Below, one piece after another: positions 37,005 to 50,300 of a DNA stretch of 64,000 bases. The notes under the pieces are model-generated. The model was given only the letters and a program-made list of their open reading frames with translations, was not told where the DNA came from and did no database searches. Position numbers and translations under genes: made by a program. Numbering within the stretch: position 1 is the first letter of the stretch; the number at the start of each line of letters is the position of its first letter. Source of the DNA: Gracilinanus agilis (taxonomy: Eukaryota); NCBI RefSeq assembly GCF_016433145.1, contig NC_058134.1:5477678-5541677 (forward strand), in the 5' to 3' direction.

Positions 37005-37742
37005 AAAAATTTTTAGAATATTTTTCCATGGTTCCATGATTCATGTTCTTTCCCTCCCACCTCACCCCCACCCCTTGTAGCTGACACACAATTCCACTGG
37101 GTTTTACATGTGTCATTGGTCAAGCCCTATTTCTATATTATTGATAGTTGCACTAGGGTGATCATTTAGAGCAGGGTTCAGCCTCTTTTTGTCTGTGAGA
37201 TCCATAAACGCCACATTTTTTAAAATGTAATTTTTTGAGAGCCGTACAGTGCTCACATTGCCTCTCCTGTAACAGCGCCTGGAAAAAAATTGGACTTTAT
37301 GGCTCCTGCAGAAAGAGCCATATCTGGCCATCGAAAGAGCCAGATATGGCTCGAGAGCCATATGTTGCCAACCCCTGATTTAGAGTCTGCATCCCCATAT
37401 CATATTTTCATCAACCCATGTGATCAAGCAGTTGTTTCTCTTTTGCGTTTCTACTCCCACAGTTCTTTTTCTGGATGTGGATAGCATTCTTTCTCATAAG
37501 TCCCTCAGAAATGGCCTGGGTCATTGCATTGCTGCTAGTACAGAAGTCCATTATATTTGATTGTACCGTAGTGTATCAGTCTCTGTGTACAATTTTCTCC
37601 TGGTTCTGCTCCTTTCACTCTGCATCACTTCCTGGAGGTCTTTCCAGTTCACATGGAATTCCTCAGTTTATTATTCCTTTGAGCACAATAGTATTCCATC
37701 ACCGACAGATACCACAATTTGTTTAGCCATTCCCCAATTTTC
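37005..37742 (-). mobile_element. L1 3' end (5'-truncated), host of a hAT MITE
   Basis: 3' UTR 'tttttccatggttccatgattcatg...caattccactgggttttacatg' and ORF2 C-terminal antisense up to 'gccattccccaat'. Confidence 0.92.
37172..37377. mobile_element. hAT (Charlie/OposCharlie-type) MITE, family B, 206 bp
   Basis: TIRs cagggttcagc (decayed) / gttgccaacccctg; perfect 8-bp TSD atttagag (37164-37171, 37378-37385). Confidence 0.93.
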
Positions 37743-38099
37743 CCATCGACTTCTATTGAACCCACTGCTTTGCACTCTTCAGGGGATTTCTGCAACACAG
37801 ATTTGGCAGCACCTGTGTCCAATTAAAGCACCTTTCCCTAATGGTAATGAAGTCTTGCAGAGACAGTCCAAGCAGCTGTTGAGACATATAGGTATGTGGC
37901 TAATGGGAACTTTTGGAATCTTAGACCTAGTCCTATTTTCTCTATCAATGGAAACCCATGAAACAGACAAAAATGGATCCACATGCCTAGTTGCTAAAGA
38001 CATAATGGTTTAATTGGTCATGTTTCCCAACATACATATTTCCATTTTAACAAGGGCTATGGGGAAACATTGTTTTGGGTAAAGAATAAATAAGCCAAT

Positions 38100-38420
38100 C
38101 AAATTATAAGCATTTTTAATTGCCTACTCTATGCCAGGCACTATACTAAGCCCAAGGGTTACAAAAAGAGAGAGAGACAGTCTTTGCCCTTGGGGAGCTC
38201 CCAATCTAATGGCCACATCAGCCATGTCCATCAGTCACACACACCATGCTCTTTGAGATCCCTTTTCTTTTGTGAGTTCACTCCTTGTGCTTCCACACTT
38301 TTTTCACTGCCCATACATTCTTCTCTTCACCCTTCCTGTGACATCTGTCCCTGGCAGCCCTCTCCAGCCTCTTGTTCTGTCCTCATCCTTTTAGACCTTC
38401 TCCCAAGCTGAGATATCTCT
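38100..38420. mobile_element. L2 fragments
   Basis: L2 tail antisense 'gcctactctatgccaggcactatactaag' followed by a pyrimidine-rich L2 body. Confidence 0.6.
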
Positions 38421-39309
38421 ATTTGTGTCTATATAAGTCCCTATTTGTGAGCCTTACACAGTGGTAACTACCTCAGTGCTAGATAGTTGTTGGTCAGTAT
38501 TGGGCATTATGACCTGACACTAGAGCATATATTTTGGACAGAAGAGCATTCTGTGCCCATAAGATATGAGAGTATAGAAACCTATGTGTATATGGGGCTT
38601 TTCTGTTGTTGGTTTTAGCTTGAGTTTCCCCAGACTGCATGAACAGTAAGCACTCAACATTGGCCCTGCTACTAATTGCCTTGGGAACTTGGACCTGCTC
38701 CATTTCCAAGCTGGACCAATATGGCCCTCCTTAGGCATCCTGATGGTCCCTCAGCTTCCAGGAGCCTCTCATACAGAGCCAGACTTAGTGTGGATACCTG
38801 CTTGGTATTAGCCCTCCTACAGTTCAGAATTCCCCACCTTCAGGGATTCACCAGCTCTGCTTGATTTTTAAACATCATGGAGCTGTTGTGAATCTTCACA
38901 TTGTTCTGCTGCTCCAAGTGTGCAATGATAAACTTTAAAGAGACCAAGAACCAAGAAGTCCCCTCCCATGCTGTATATCCATGCATTTGTCCTTAGATTG
39001 ACGATCTCCTGGCTGCAAGTATAGGGAGCTCTGCCAGTGAGAATCTGACCCTAGTCAGCTTTGTGACCTCATTGGGAAAGGGAATCCCTTCCTTCCCTTC
39101 TCTGATCTTGGCCTCTTCCTCTTATAAAATGCCACATTTGGAAGGATTGACGTCTAAGGGCATTTCTAGTCTGCTCTTGAGCTATTAAGTGTCTGCTTTA
39201 TGCCAGGCATTATGCTAAGTGCTGGTAATTCAAAGAAAGGCAAAACCCCATCCCAGCTCTCAAGAAACCCCAAATCAAACGTTCCATCTTTAATATCCAA
39301 TGGTATGGA

Positions 39310-39560
39310 ATTCTGTTTAATCTGAGGAGCTAGGTAGGGCAGTGGATGGAGCACTAGATCCAGAATCAGGAAGACCTCAATTCAAATTCAGCCTCAGACG
39401 TTTATTAGCATGAGACTCTGGGCAAGTCCCTTAACCTGTGTACCTCAGTTTATTTGACAATAATGGGGATAATGGTGGAATTTAACTTTCAGAGTTGTTG
39501 TGAAGATTGAATAAGACGTTTGTAAAAAGCCTAGCATAGTGCCTGGCATGTGGCAGGTGC
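39310..39560 (+). mobile_element. MIR-type CORE-SINE
   Basis: 'ggagctaggtagggcagtggatggagcactagatcc...ttcaaattcagcctcagac...cctcagttt...aatgggg...gttgtgaagatt'. Confidence 0.85.
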
Positions 39561-42500
39561 ATCCTATACAGTAGTGTTTGATATGCACGTGCTATGTAAA
39601 GGATGAGGCCTTTTAGAAGAATATTAAAATAAACCAGGACCAAGAATCAGGAAAAGAACTAGATCCTATTTAAATTGCCCATAGTTGGATTTCCTACTAA
39701 CTAAAGTCATTGCCAGAAGATTTTCTCTCTGTAAAATGGGGATAACGGCACCTGCCTTCCCTGACTGAGGATCTAGTGAGATGATGTTTGTAAATTGCTT
39801 TACAAACCTTAAAGGACTATAAAAATAATGACTCTCCTTGTCATTTCCAGTTGATGAGCTATCCTCTTTGTGCATTTCCCCATCAGAACTGGCTTCTGAG
39901 CCCTCATCCTCCTGGAAGCTCTCACATGTTCCCTGTCTTCTCTGCATGCCCCTGTGCCCTTGTCCCATGCCCTTAACATATATAACAGACCTATTTATAA
40001 TCTAAACACAGAGGACAGGTTTTTGCATGGAGCAAATAACGCCATATTACACAAACCATGAAGAGGTTTTTGATGTCATGGACAGAGATCCAGGGAGCTC
40101 CTGGAGGACAGCGAGAGTGCCTGCCTTCCTCAGTGCCTGGCACATTGGAAGCACTTCATCAATGAGTGTGGACTTCCCTCATTCTAGTTTCAAGGCTTGC
40201 CTTGTGCATCCTGGCTATGTGTCACTGGGCAGATCACATCATCTCTCAGGGCTCGAGTCAGCTCTCTAAGGCTCTAGCTGTCTAGAGGGGCTCACCTACA
40301 TTGGTGGAGGGGTTTTCCTCGATGGTGGCTCCTTGTACCATTGAAATCATGTCAAATAAAAAAAAGCAGTCTCCTGTGTGGATTCAAGCTCACAGGTTCT
40401 CATCTTTCAGAAATCACCCATAAGGTGCTCTAGATCCAAGAATTCTAAGCAAGAGACCAACATTTGTTTTGTCTGTAAGTGGGCAAAGGATTATAGGCAC
40501 TCAAGCCCATCTCTCAGAGGGGTCCGATTCTTGCTTCTAATCATCTCAGTCTTTTTTCATGCTTAATAAATGCTTATTCTCTTCCCTTTCCTCCTCATCT
40601 CTTTAAATGGTGGTGCAGAATGGAGAGGGGCTAGATTCTCTGACTGCCAAGACTTTTTCATCTCTGACACTGGCAGGGATCTCTCATACCCTCTCACTGT
40701 GGCTAGTTGGTTCCTTTAAGAATTCAAGGGCTGAACTAACCATCAGATCTCAGAACTTGGATGGGAGAAGCTCTGACCTTTAGTTCTTTGCTTCCAGTTC
40801 ATAATGGCATTCCTCCATGTCCTTATGTACTTGATTTTGTCTTCAGTACTTCTCCCTGGGCTTCCATCTTTTATGCCTTCTACTTGACCAATCTCTAAAT
40901 CCACCTTTGCCTAGTTTCCCCCAAACTCCCCCCCCCAAACAGTCAGTTAATGTTTTGCTCTTTTCTGCCAAGACACAGACTAGGAGGAGAAAGAATGAGA
41001 CTATAGGTAAAACAAAGGGTTTGACCTGGATGGCAGTTGAGGTCTACTCCATCTCTAAGGTTCTCATTTTCAGAATTAAATTGAAATTTGGAAAAAGAGA
41101 CTTTTGTAAGGCCTCCCTGTTTTGTCTAGGACAAAAATGAAGATGATATCCTGCAGCCCCATTTTCAGTCAGACATTTAACTTCATCTTGAACATGCTTA
41201 AATATAAGCGGGGAGGAACAGGTGTGTCTAAATTTTGTTCCTTCTAAGAGCAAGGTAGTCCTTGGGAGTTCTTGATGAAATTTAAAAAATACCTGTCTCC
41301 TTGTACCTGATTTAAATTTGACTGAAGTACATGTTACCAAGTGAGGGAAAGTAACTGATGCTTCCCATATTCTACCAGGTGAAGTAAGGACTTGAACCAA
41401 AAAAAGAAACCTTATAATATTTCAGAAAACCTTTGCTGGAGGCAGAAACTTCTGATTCCTGAAAAAGAAGTGAAATTTCTGCAGGTGAGCCAGCATTGGA
41501 AGCAAGTTGCTGGAAAAATAAAACATGAGGGAATATTTTGTATTTTCGTCTAATGAGCAGCTGGAAAGGCTACAACATTAAAAGTTTAATGAAAAGGATA
41601 GTAGGGCCCATTGAGTCCAGTTGCTTCATGGGAGACAGTGTGGTACAGAGCCAAGATTTTTGCAATAGAACTGTCATTCAGGACTTCTTGCCTGTTGTCC
41701 ACCACACAAGATGTATCTTTAGGAGCCATTTCTACTTTTTGCTACCCATGATCCACTTGAAAATGAAATATCTCCTCTAGTGAAATATGCACCCAAGTGA
41801 TATATTCTGTTCTGTCTTTGTTCTGGGGCTGCTGCTTTCAATGAATCTTTATAAACTGTATAAAGTCCTGTGTGTGTGGCAAATTTAGAGCAATGATGCT
41901 CACTGCAGATGAAAACAAGTCTTGTTGGATCTCTATTTTGAATTGTAGGTACAGGTACTACAGCAGGGCCAAATGACTCTGGCTGGGCCTGGTGTGTCTG
42001 GCAGGTCAGGAAGGAAGAAGCCCCATGGTCATCTGCATGGCCACCTTTCTATTGGTTCCTGGCACAGGAGGACCCTCCCTGAGCTCTGTTCAATTCACTC
42101 TGATGACTGAACCAATGTCACTGGCTCTGTGGTCTAATAGAAGGTCTTTTAAATCAGCACTGAGTAATCCCTGCAGATAGAACACAGCCCTCTTGAATGC
42201 TTGCTCAACTTATTTGCAATATAATTGCATTATTATCGCATCAGCATTCTGAGCCATTGCTGCCAGATGATGAAGAGAAGAGAGCTCATACTTGCTGAGT
42301 AAATGAGATGAGAAGCAGTAAGCCCTGAGAGAAGAGACAAAAGGCCACCTCAGCTGCCTTCAGGAAGGGACATGAGCACCTGCAATCCTGCTTTCAGTGC
42401 CACCTCCTTGTTTCATGCATAGGTGAGAAGCTCCTGGATAGGACAGACCCTTTGCCAGCAGAATGCAGGCTCCTCCAGGTTAGGATGGTTAACTTTGGTG

Positions 42501-43355
42501 TCCTTGGTGCCCAGCACATAGTAGGCACATCATAAGAGCTTCTTGAGTTGAGTTGGTTTAGATTTAGACTGAGCTGGATGAGACTGGATTCAGCTGAATA
42601 ATCTTTGTTCCTTTTATGTAGCATTGTCTTTACCTCAAGCACAGAAAGAATATCTAATCTATGCCTGTTTAATTGTGGGGTTGATTGTAGTCTCAAGAGG
42701 CCATCTTTCCTTTGCAAACAGACAAAATGCTTGCTAAGGGCAGAAACTCTAGTTTATGCTTCCTTAGATTCTCAATAATATCCAGCTGGCCTGTTTAGAA
42801 TAGTGCAATATTAAATACTAATGGCAATAATGGACATCTTTACTTCATCCCTCATCTTATTGAGAAAACATCTAACTTATCCCTATTGCAGATGATACTT
42901 CCTGATGGTTTTAAATAAATATTGCTATTTTAAAGAAAGACTTTTGTATTCCTATGATTTTTGGTGTTTTTAATTTTAAAAATATTTTTCCATGTTTATC
43001 TGATTCATTTTCTTTCCTTCCCTTCTTTCCTCCCCACTCCCAGATCCAATATGAACTGCCACTGGGTTATACAAATCTTATCACTTATACCTATGTTCAT
43101 AGTATTCATTTTTGCAATAACGCAATCTTTTAAAACCAAAACACTAAATCATATATTTTATATAAACAAATGTTAACTCATTTGGTTTTCTTCTGTGTTT
43201 CTACTCCCACAGTTTTTTCTCTCGATGTGGATAACATTCTTTCTCATAAGTCCCTCGGGATTGTTTTGTATTAGCAAAGTCCATTACATTTTATTATTTC
43301 ACAGTGTATAATTTTCTCCTGGTTCTGCTCATGTAACTCTCCATTAGTTTGTAAG

Positions 43356-44105
43356 TGTAAAAATTAGGTTTGACTTAATATGAGAGTTATAAAAGTAAGA
43401 TTGTGGTCGCCATTTATAAAATATTAACCCTTAAGTCAGGAAAAAGAACAACAACTGTTAGCAGCTTTAATTTACAACAAGGTAGAAATATTAAAGTGGG
43501 AAATATAGGAAGGAGGTAGAGAATTGTCTAGCCTACCAGCTTAAGTGCTGGTCCAGTGAAGTCTGGTTTAGCCCCCAACAAGGGCTCCCTTAAATCCCTG
43601 TCTCCACATGGAAGTTCTGGTGGTATCTTCAGCCAGAAATCCACCCTCACAAGCCTCTTCCTTCAGCCGGAGTCACTCACCCATCAAGCCTATCCAGTAC
43701 AGAATGCTCTAGCCCAGAATGAGTTCAGTAAAAAGTGACTGCCTCCTAGAGTCTCCCTTCATCCCAGCTCACCAAAGCAGAATGAATGAATCAATCCTCA
43801 GGCTTAACTTTTTAAAGCAGTCACTTTCTCTATGTAATTTCCTGTTGCTCCCCCACTTCATGGGAAACAATCATAGACTCCCAATTTGCCTAGCACTGCT
43901 GAGGGGTGGTGGTGGTGGTGGTGATAGAGCAGTGACCTTTGGAGGTGTGAGTTTTCTCTAGTAAGTGACTTGTGAACTCTCTTACTTAATACTTAGCTAG
44001 GTGCTAAGTAGGGGTATTTTAAGTTCTTGATTTGATTAAATTAAAAGTTGCTGAATGATTACATTAAAAATAAACTAAGAGAGTCTAATTTTTCTCTTCA
44101 CAAAT
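43356..44105 (-). mobile_element. Solo LTR (~750 bp) inserted in the L1 ORF2 C-terminal region
   Basis: Starts TGTAAAAATT and splits the L1 motif 'cattagtt.gt..g | tcttccagttc'. AT-rich ends typical of marsupial LTRs. Right boundary approximate; no clean TSD. Confidence 0.7.
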
Positions 44106-45367
44106 TCCTGGGGATTCTTCCAGTTCATATAGAATTCCTCCAGTTCATCATTCATTACAATGCAATAGTATTCCATCACTAACAGATACCACAATTTATT
44201 CAGCCATCCCCCAATCAAGGGATATCCCCTCATTTTCCAATTTTTTGCCAACACAAAGAGCTCCATTTGAATATTTTTGTACAAACATTTTTCATTATTA
44301 TCTCTTTAGAGTACCGAAGTAGTACTGGTATTTTTGGATCAAAGGGCATGTATTCTTTTAAAGCCATTTGGGCATAGCTCCAAATTGCCGTCCAGAATGG
44401 TTGGATCAATTCACAACTCCACTAGCAATGCATTAGTGTCCCAATATTGCCACAATCCCTCCAACATTTATTATTTTCCTTTACTGTCATATTGGCCAAT
44501 CTGCTGGGTGTGAAGTGGTACCTCAGCATTGTTTTGATTTGTATTCCTCTAATTATAAGAGATTTAAGACACTTTTTCATTTTTTTATTGATTGCTTTGA
44601 TTTCGTTATCTGAAAACTTCCCCTTTATGGTGTTTTAAAAAGGAATGGGTATTGTATTTTGTCAAAAGCTTTTTCTGCATCTATTGACTTCATCTTGTGA
44701 TTTCTATTAGTTTGATTTTTGTTAGGGTCAATTATGCTGATAGTTTTCCTTATATTAAACCAGCCTTACATTCCTGGTATAAATCCTACCTGGTCATATC
44801 AAAAATCCTTCTGATATATTGCTGTAGTTCTTTGTTAGTATTTTATTTAAGATTTTTGAATCAATGTTAATTAATGAAATTAGTCTTTAATTTTCTTTCT
44901 TTGTTTTTAGTCTTCCTGGCTTAGGTATCAGCACTACATTTGTGTTAAAAAGAATTTGTTAGGACTCGTTTTTTGCTTATTTTGCCAAATAGTTTGCATA
45001 GTAATGGGATTAATTTTTCTTTAAATGTTTTATAGCATTCACTTATGAATCCATCATGTCCTGGGGACTTTTTCTTAGGGAGTTCACTGATGGCATGTTC
45101 AATATCTTTTTCTTGGTTGGGATTATTTTAGTACTCTATTTCCTCTTTTGTTAATCTAGGCAATTTATATTTTTATAAATATTTATCCATTTCACCTAGG
45201 GGATCAGATTTATTATCATATAATTTAGCAAAATAGCATCTATTATTTGCTTTAATTTATTCATTGGAGGTGAAATCACCATTTTCAATTTGATACTGTT
45301 AATTTAATTCTCTTCTTTCCTTTTTAAAATCAAATTAACAAATGATCTGTATTTTTCCCCATAGAAC

Positions 45368-45728
45368 TGTAACAATTAAAAATGATAAAGGCTGATATTA
45401 CTAGAGAAATTAATAGTTTAATTAAAGCCATGTTGAAAATATCTATACGACCACGCCTGACTATATTTAAAAATGCTGCCTGTCTGTATCTCCACCCATC
45501 TTCCTAGTCTCCCACGCCAGAGAGCCTGCTCAGGTAGCAAAGAGAGCCTTCTCAAGCTGCCCTCCGAATTTAAACTGCACTATACGTTGGTTCCTATCGT
45601 CTGACGTTATCACGTCAGAAACGGAAACCCATTGGATCATGGGGAATATAGTCTTAAAGTTCCCCACATGTCCACAGGAAGTTTGTAAGATACTTTTAAA
45701 TGGCACCTCCCTGAATTCCAAACACACA
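45368..45728 (-). mobile_element. Solo LTR, 361 bp, 4-bp TSD (ERV1-like)
   Basis: TGTAAC...ACACA termini; TSD gaac at 45364-45367 and 45729-45732; removing it restores L1 'ccccatagaaccaacttcctag'; many CpGs retained. Confidence 0.9.
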
Positions 45729-46449
45729 GAACCAACTTCCTAGTCTTATTTACTAGTTTAATAGTTCTTGTACTTTCAATTTTATTAATTTCTCCTTTGA
45801 TTTTTAGGATCACCAATTTAGTTTTTAATTGGAGATTTTTAATTTATTATTTTCCTAGTTTTTTTTAGTTGAATGCCAATTCATTGATCTGCCTTTCCTT
45901 TGTTTTGTTGATGTAAGCATTTAGAGATATACACCACTCCCCAGAATTGCTTTAGCTAAATCCCATAAATGTTGATATTTTGTCTCCTCATTGTCTTTCT
46001 CTTCGATGAAATCAGTGATTGTTTCTATAATTTGTTCTTTGACCCACTGATTGAAGAATTAGATTATTTACATTCTAATTAATTTTTAATTTGCCTTTCC
46101 ATGAACCCTTATTGATAATAATTTTGATTGAATTATGATTTGAAAAGGTTGTATTATTTCTGTTTTTATGCATTTGGTTGTGAAATTTTTATGCCCTAGT
46201 TCATGGTCAATTTTGTATATGTACCGTATGCTACTGAAAAGAAAGTCTATTCCTTTTTATCCCTATTCGATTTTCTCCAGATTCTATTAAATCTAACTTT
46301 TCTAAAATTTCATTCTCTTCCTTTATTTCTTTCTTATTTTTTTTGTTAGATTTATCTAGTTATAAGAGGGGATGGTTGAGGTCCCTCACTAGTATAGTTT
46401 TACTGTCTATTTATTCTATAAGTTCCTTTAGTTTCTCCTTTAAAAATCT

Positions 46450-46641
46450 AACTAAATATCTAACAAAATTTAGACCACATGACTAAGTTTCCCTTGCCTG
46501 TTTAAAAAGCCCTCTTCACCAAAACCAAGAGAGGAAGAGAAGAGAGTGAGAGGCAGGGCTACACCAAATTTATATCCTCCCTATATCAGCATGTAATGTG
46601 AGGAGAGTGGGGTGCTGGGGATTGTAGTTTTTAGGGTAACA
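46450..46641 (-). mobile_element. Partial LTR (one terminus only)
   Basis: Ends 'ttagggtaaca' (TGTTACCC on minus) with a TATAAA-like 'gatataaattt' on minus; the other end is lost at an L1 deletion junction. Confidence 0.6.
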
Positions 46642-47235
46642 GATTCTAATTACAATATCAAATTTCCTGTTTAAATCTGATATTTTCTTTAGGAATGCTT
46701 GGAGATCTTCTATTTAATTAAATGATCATATTTTCTCCTGATAAACTATAGTCAGTTTTGAGGAATAGTTAATTCTTGCTTGTAAATCCAGTTCCTTTCC
46801 TTCTAGAATATCATATTCCAAGTCTTCTGACCCTTCAGTGTTGAAGCTGCTAAATTCTGTGTAATCCTGATGGGAGCTCCATAATATTTGAATTGTTTCT
46901 TTCTGGCTGTTTGCAGTATTTTCTCCTTGGCCTAGGTCTAGAAGATCTTAAATTTAACTATAATATTCCTGGGAGTTGTCATTTGGGGAATTATTGGAGG
47001 TGATCTATGGATTCTTTTAATTTCTATTTTACCCTCTTCTTCATGAATATCAGTGTAGTTTTCTTTAATATTTTTTGTAATATGAAGTTAAGTTTTGTTT
47101 GTTTGTTTTGTTTTGTTTTAATCATGACATTCAGGTAGTCTAATAATTCTTAAATTGTCTCTTCTGGACCTATTTCCAAGGTCAGTGTTTTTTAATGAGG
47201 TATTTAATATTTTCTTCTATTATTTTCATTCTTTT

Positions 47236-47415
47236 TTTTAAACCCTTGTACTTCGGTGTATTGTCTCATAGGTGGAAGATTGGTAACGGTGGGCAATGGG
47301 GGTCAAGTGACTTGCCCAGGGTCACACAGCTGGGAAGTGGCTGAGGCCGGGTTTGAACCTAGGACCTCCTGTCTCTAGGCCTGACTCTCACTCCACTGAG
47401 CTACCCAGCTGCCCC
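47236..47415 (-). mobile_element. Young SINE1_Mdo-like SINE, full length, 15-bp TSD
   Basis: TSD tattttcattctttt at 47221-47235 and 47416-47430; CpGs retained (gaggccgggtttgaacc). Confidence 0.95.
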
Positions 47416-49859
47416 TATTTTCATTCTTTTGATATTGTTTTATTGTTTCTTGATGTCTCATAAAGTCATTATCTTTCATTTGCCCAATTCTAATTTTTAA
47501 AGAATGGATTTCTTCCATGTCCTTTTGGTCCTTTTTTTCCATTTGGTCAATTCTACTTTTCAATAAACTCTTTTCCTTATTTTGCCTCTTTTTCCAGTTG
47601 ACCAATTTTGGTTTTTAAGTTGTTATTTTTTTATTGCTTTGATTTCTTTTTTTATTCCATTTCTCTTATTTGAACTTTGAATTCATTTTTGATTTCTTGC
47701 AGCACCTGAGACTAATTCCCATTTTTCTTTGAAGTTTTGCATATGGCTTCTTGTATCTCACCATCCCCTATTGACTCTGTGCATTGCTTTTTGCCTCCAT
47801 AGGTATTTTCATTTCCCCAGCCTTTTGTTGCCTTTGGACTATAAGTGTTGAAAGCTAGTGATTCTGTCTCCTCTGCTGATAGCTTGTAGGATTCATCACT
47901 CTGAACCATTTTGCCCTTTGGCTAAGGGCTTCACCAAGCTTTTTGGCTTCCATGTTTCACTGTGGGCTGGTGTTAGGGCCTGAGGCTTCAAGGGGTGGGT
48001 GTGGGGTATGGGGTGCTCTAGTGTTGGTGTAGGCAGGGTCCCTGAATCCTGAAGTTTGTCTATGTCCAGGCTTAGAATCTGGCACAGTAGGTGAGAAGTG
48101 GTCATCCAGCACTCCTTTGCATGTAGTTTTACTTCCAGTTCCCTCTTATCCTGTGAAAATAGACTCTTTCTGCCTTCCTTTCATGTGATTTTCTATAGAA
48201 GAACATCCTCACTCCATCTTGCTGTTGTTTTTGATGCCTGTCATTTTGAGGCACTTTAAAAAGATTAGTTTAGAAGGATTCTAAGAGCAGTTTCAGCTTT
48301 GCTACTACTAAGCCACCATCTTGGTTTCCCCCTCCGCCCCAACTTTACCAAAGGCTATAACTGGGATTGAGTGACTGGGGCTTTATCCCAGGATGGTGAT
48401 AAGGGAGGCACATTTCATCTATATGTTATTCCATCTATCATCTCTGTCTAACATAGAAGACCTTCATGATACTTTTGACCCCATCCCTGGTTGTAATTTC
48501 TAGGGTCCCCTGGCTCTCACATCTATTACTTAAGGCCGGCCTTCCTAGCATGGCCTGCTCTCTGTTCCATTGCCTCCTTCAGGTGGTGGAGTTAGGATCC
48601 ACTAGTCATGATGCCTGGTTGGGAGGTCTAACAGGCTCACTGAAGAACATGCAGAAGTGTATCCAAAGAAGACTTACTTCTCTGCCCTCCTTGTCAACTG
48701 AATTTGGTGTCAGTGCAAAGATTCCTCATTAGATTTATACTTCTGTCTGAAGGAACAAGTGAAAAACTGGATGACCCTAATACTGGAGTCAGATTTGAGA
48801 CCCACTTTAGATAGTGATGGGGTACCCAAAGATCATACATATCTCTTGCCATTCATGAGTCTCCTGGGATAAATGGGATCATCTTCATTACTGAGTTAGA
48901 GTCACCTCTTGTTTATCCATATTCCAAATATCAACCCTGCTGTTGAGACTATTTTATTGGTCCTCATTAATCAGGAAGGTAAAAGCCACTATGATATTTA
49001 AAGATAGCAGCATGCCAAAAAGATTTTTGTTCCCTATAATCACCACCCCCGTACCTTCATTGCAATATTGTGTTTTCTTTACTTATAAATACTTCTGCTT
49101 TTTGCTCATATTTCTTCTGACTCCTTTTCTTGATGATCCATCCTATTCCCTTCAACAAATGTATTGGGACCAGAGGACTGAATCCTGGAGAGATTATAGG
49201 GACCTCAGGGAGCCTTCATGTCTAAGCTGCCATCTTGGAGAAGAGGAAATTGGGGGTTGGAAGAGTGAAAGAGTTTCCTCATGGACCCCCAGTTCCAAAG
49301 AGACCCAATCTGGGATTCCAGCTGAGTCTCCCAACTCCAAGCACATTGATCTTTCTTCTACACTGTAGGGAACTTCTCTGATGAAACATCAGCCCTTTCC
49401 CCCTCACTATTATTATTAGTATGCCAAAGCTACCTCAGCTGTATTTCATCTTCTAGGCTTCAAGTAGCATTCAACTTAAAAATATGTCTCTTTGGGGGAA
49501 AATTATCATCTGCCAGAGAATGCAGACAGTTGCAAATTTTGTTGTACATCATGACCTATAAATACTGACTTTGAATTCCAGACTCTAACAGCATTGTTTC
49601 CCTGTTCCTCCTCATACTCAGTCAATAATTGTTTACAGAGGGCAGGGTCACTTAAAGCCTGTAAATGACTGTTTGAGTCTGATAGTTGGAAGTTTATTTT
49701 TTCCCAAGAAACAGATTTTTAAGGAATATACCTCAATCTCAAAGGAATTATTATTACTTTTTATTTTATTTGTCCCTCTCCCTCCCTTCCTGGCCCATGA
49801 TGAGGGTTGACTTATCACTTTCAAGAATCATTAACCCCCTCTCTATGGTCACCTCCAGT

Positions 49860-50300
49860 TTAACAAGTATTTATTATGCACCTACTATATGTAAGAGACA
49901 GTGCTAAGCACTGGATAAAATGGCAAAAATGAAATTTTTGCCATTGAGAATCTCTTAGCTGGGAGAATTTATATATCTGTATATACCACACATACAAATG
50001 CACATTTATGTATATACATTTAAAAATAGGCACTAAGAATACTTTGTCTGGGAGGGAGCAGAGGGGGGAAGATGAACAGTTCTGGGCTCAAGAAAGGCTT
50101 CCCTGCAGAAAGTAGACAATAAGGTAAGTTCTGAAGGAAACAGGATTCAAAGTATCAGGAACCACTAGGGCAAAGACATAGAGATAGGACATGAAGCCCT
50201 ATAAAGTATGAGGAACAGGAAGAAAGCAGACATGGGCTAGTTATTTGCAAAGAATGCTTGTATTATTTGAGATAGAATTGGAATAGAAGGAGAATCAGAA
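49860..50300 (-). mobile_element. L2 3' region
   Basis: 'aacaagtatttattatgcacctactatatgtaagagacagtgctaagcactgg' followed by a purine-rich body. Confidence 0.75.

Larger units (their letters stand above)
42950..48340 (-). mobile_element. Decayed near-full-length L1 with internal deletions and four nested insertions
   Basis: 5' end antisense 'gccaccatcttggtttccccctcc' (~48335). ORF1 coiled coil 47375-47605 (LKIRIGQMKDNDFMRHQETIKQ). EN motif FLKEKL...IDSKTILVRDLN near 46380-46449. ORF2 C-terminus 44075-44284 (LFVLAKNWK..GYP.IGGWLNKLW). 3' UTR to ~42950. Confidence 0.9.
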
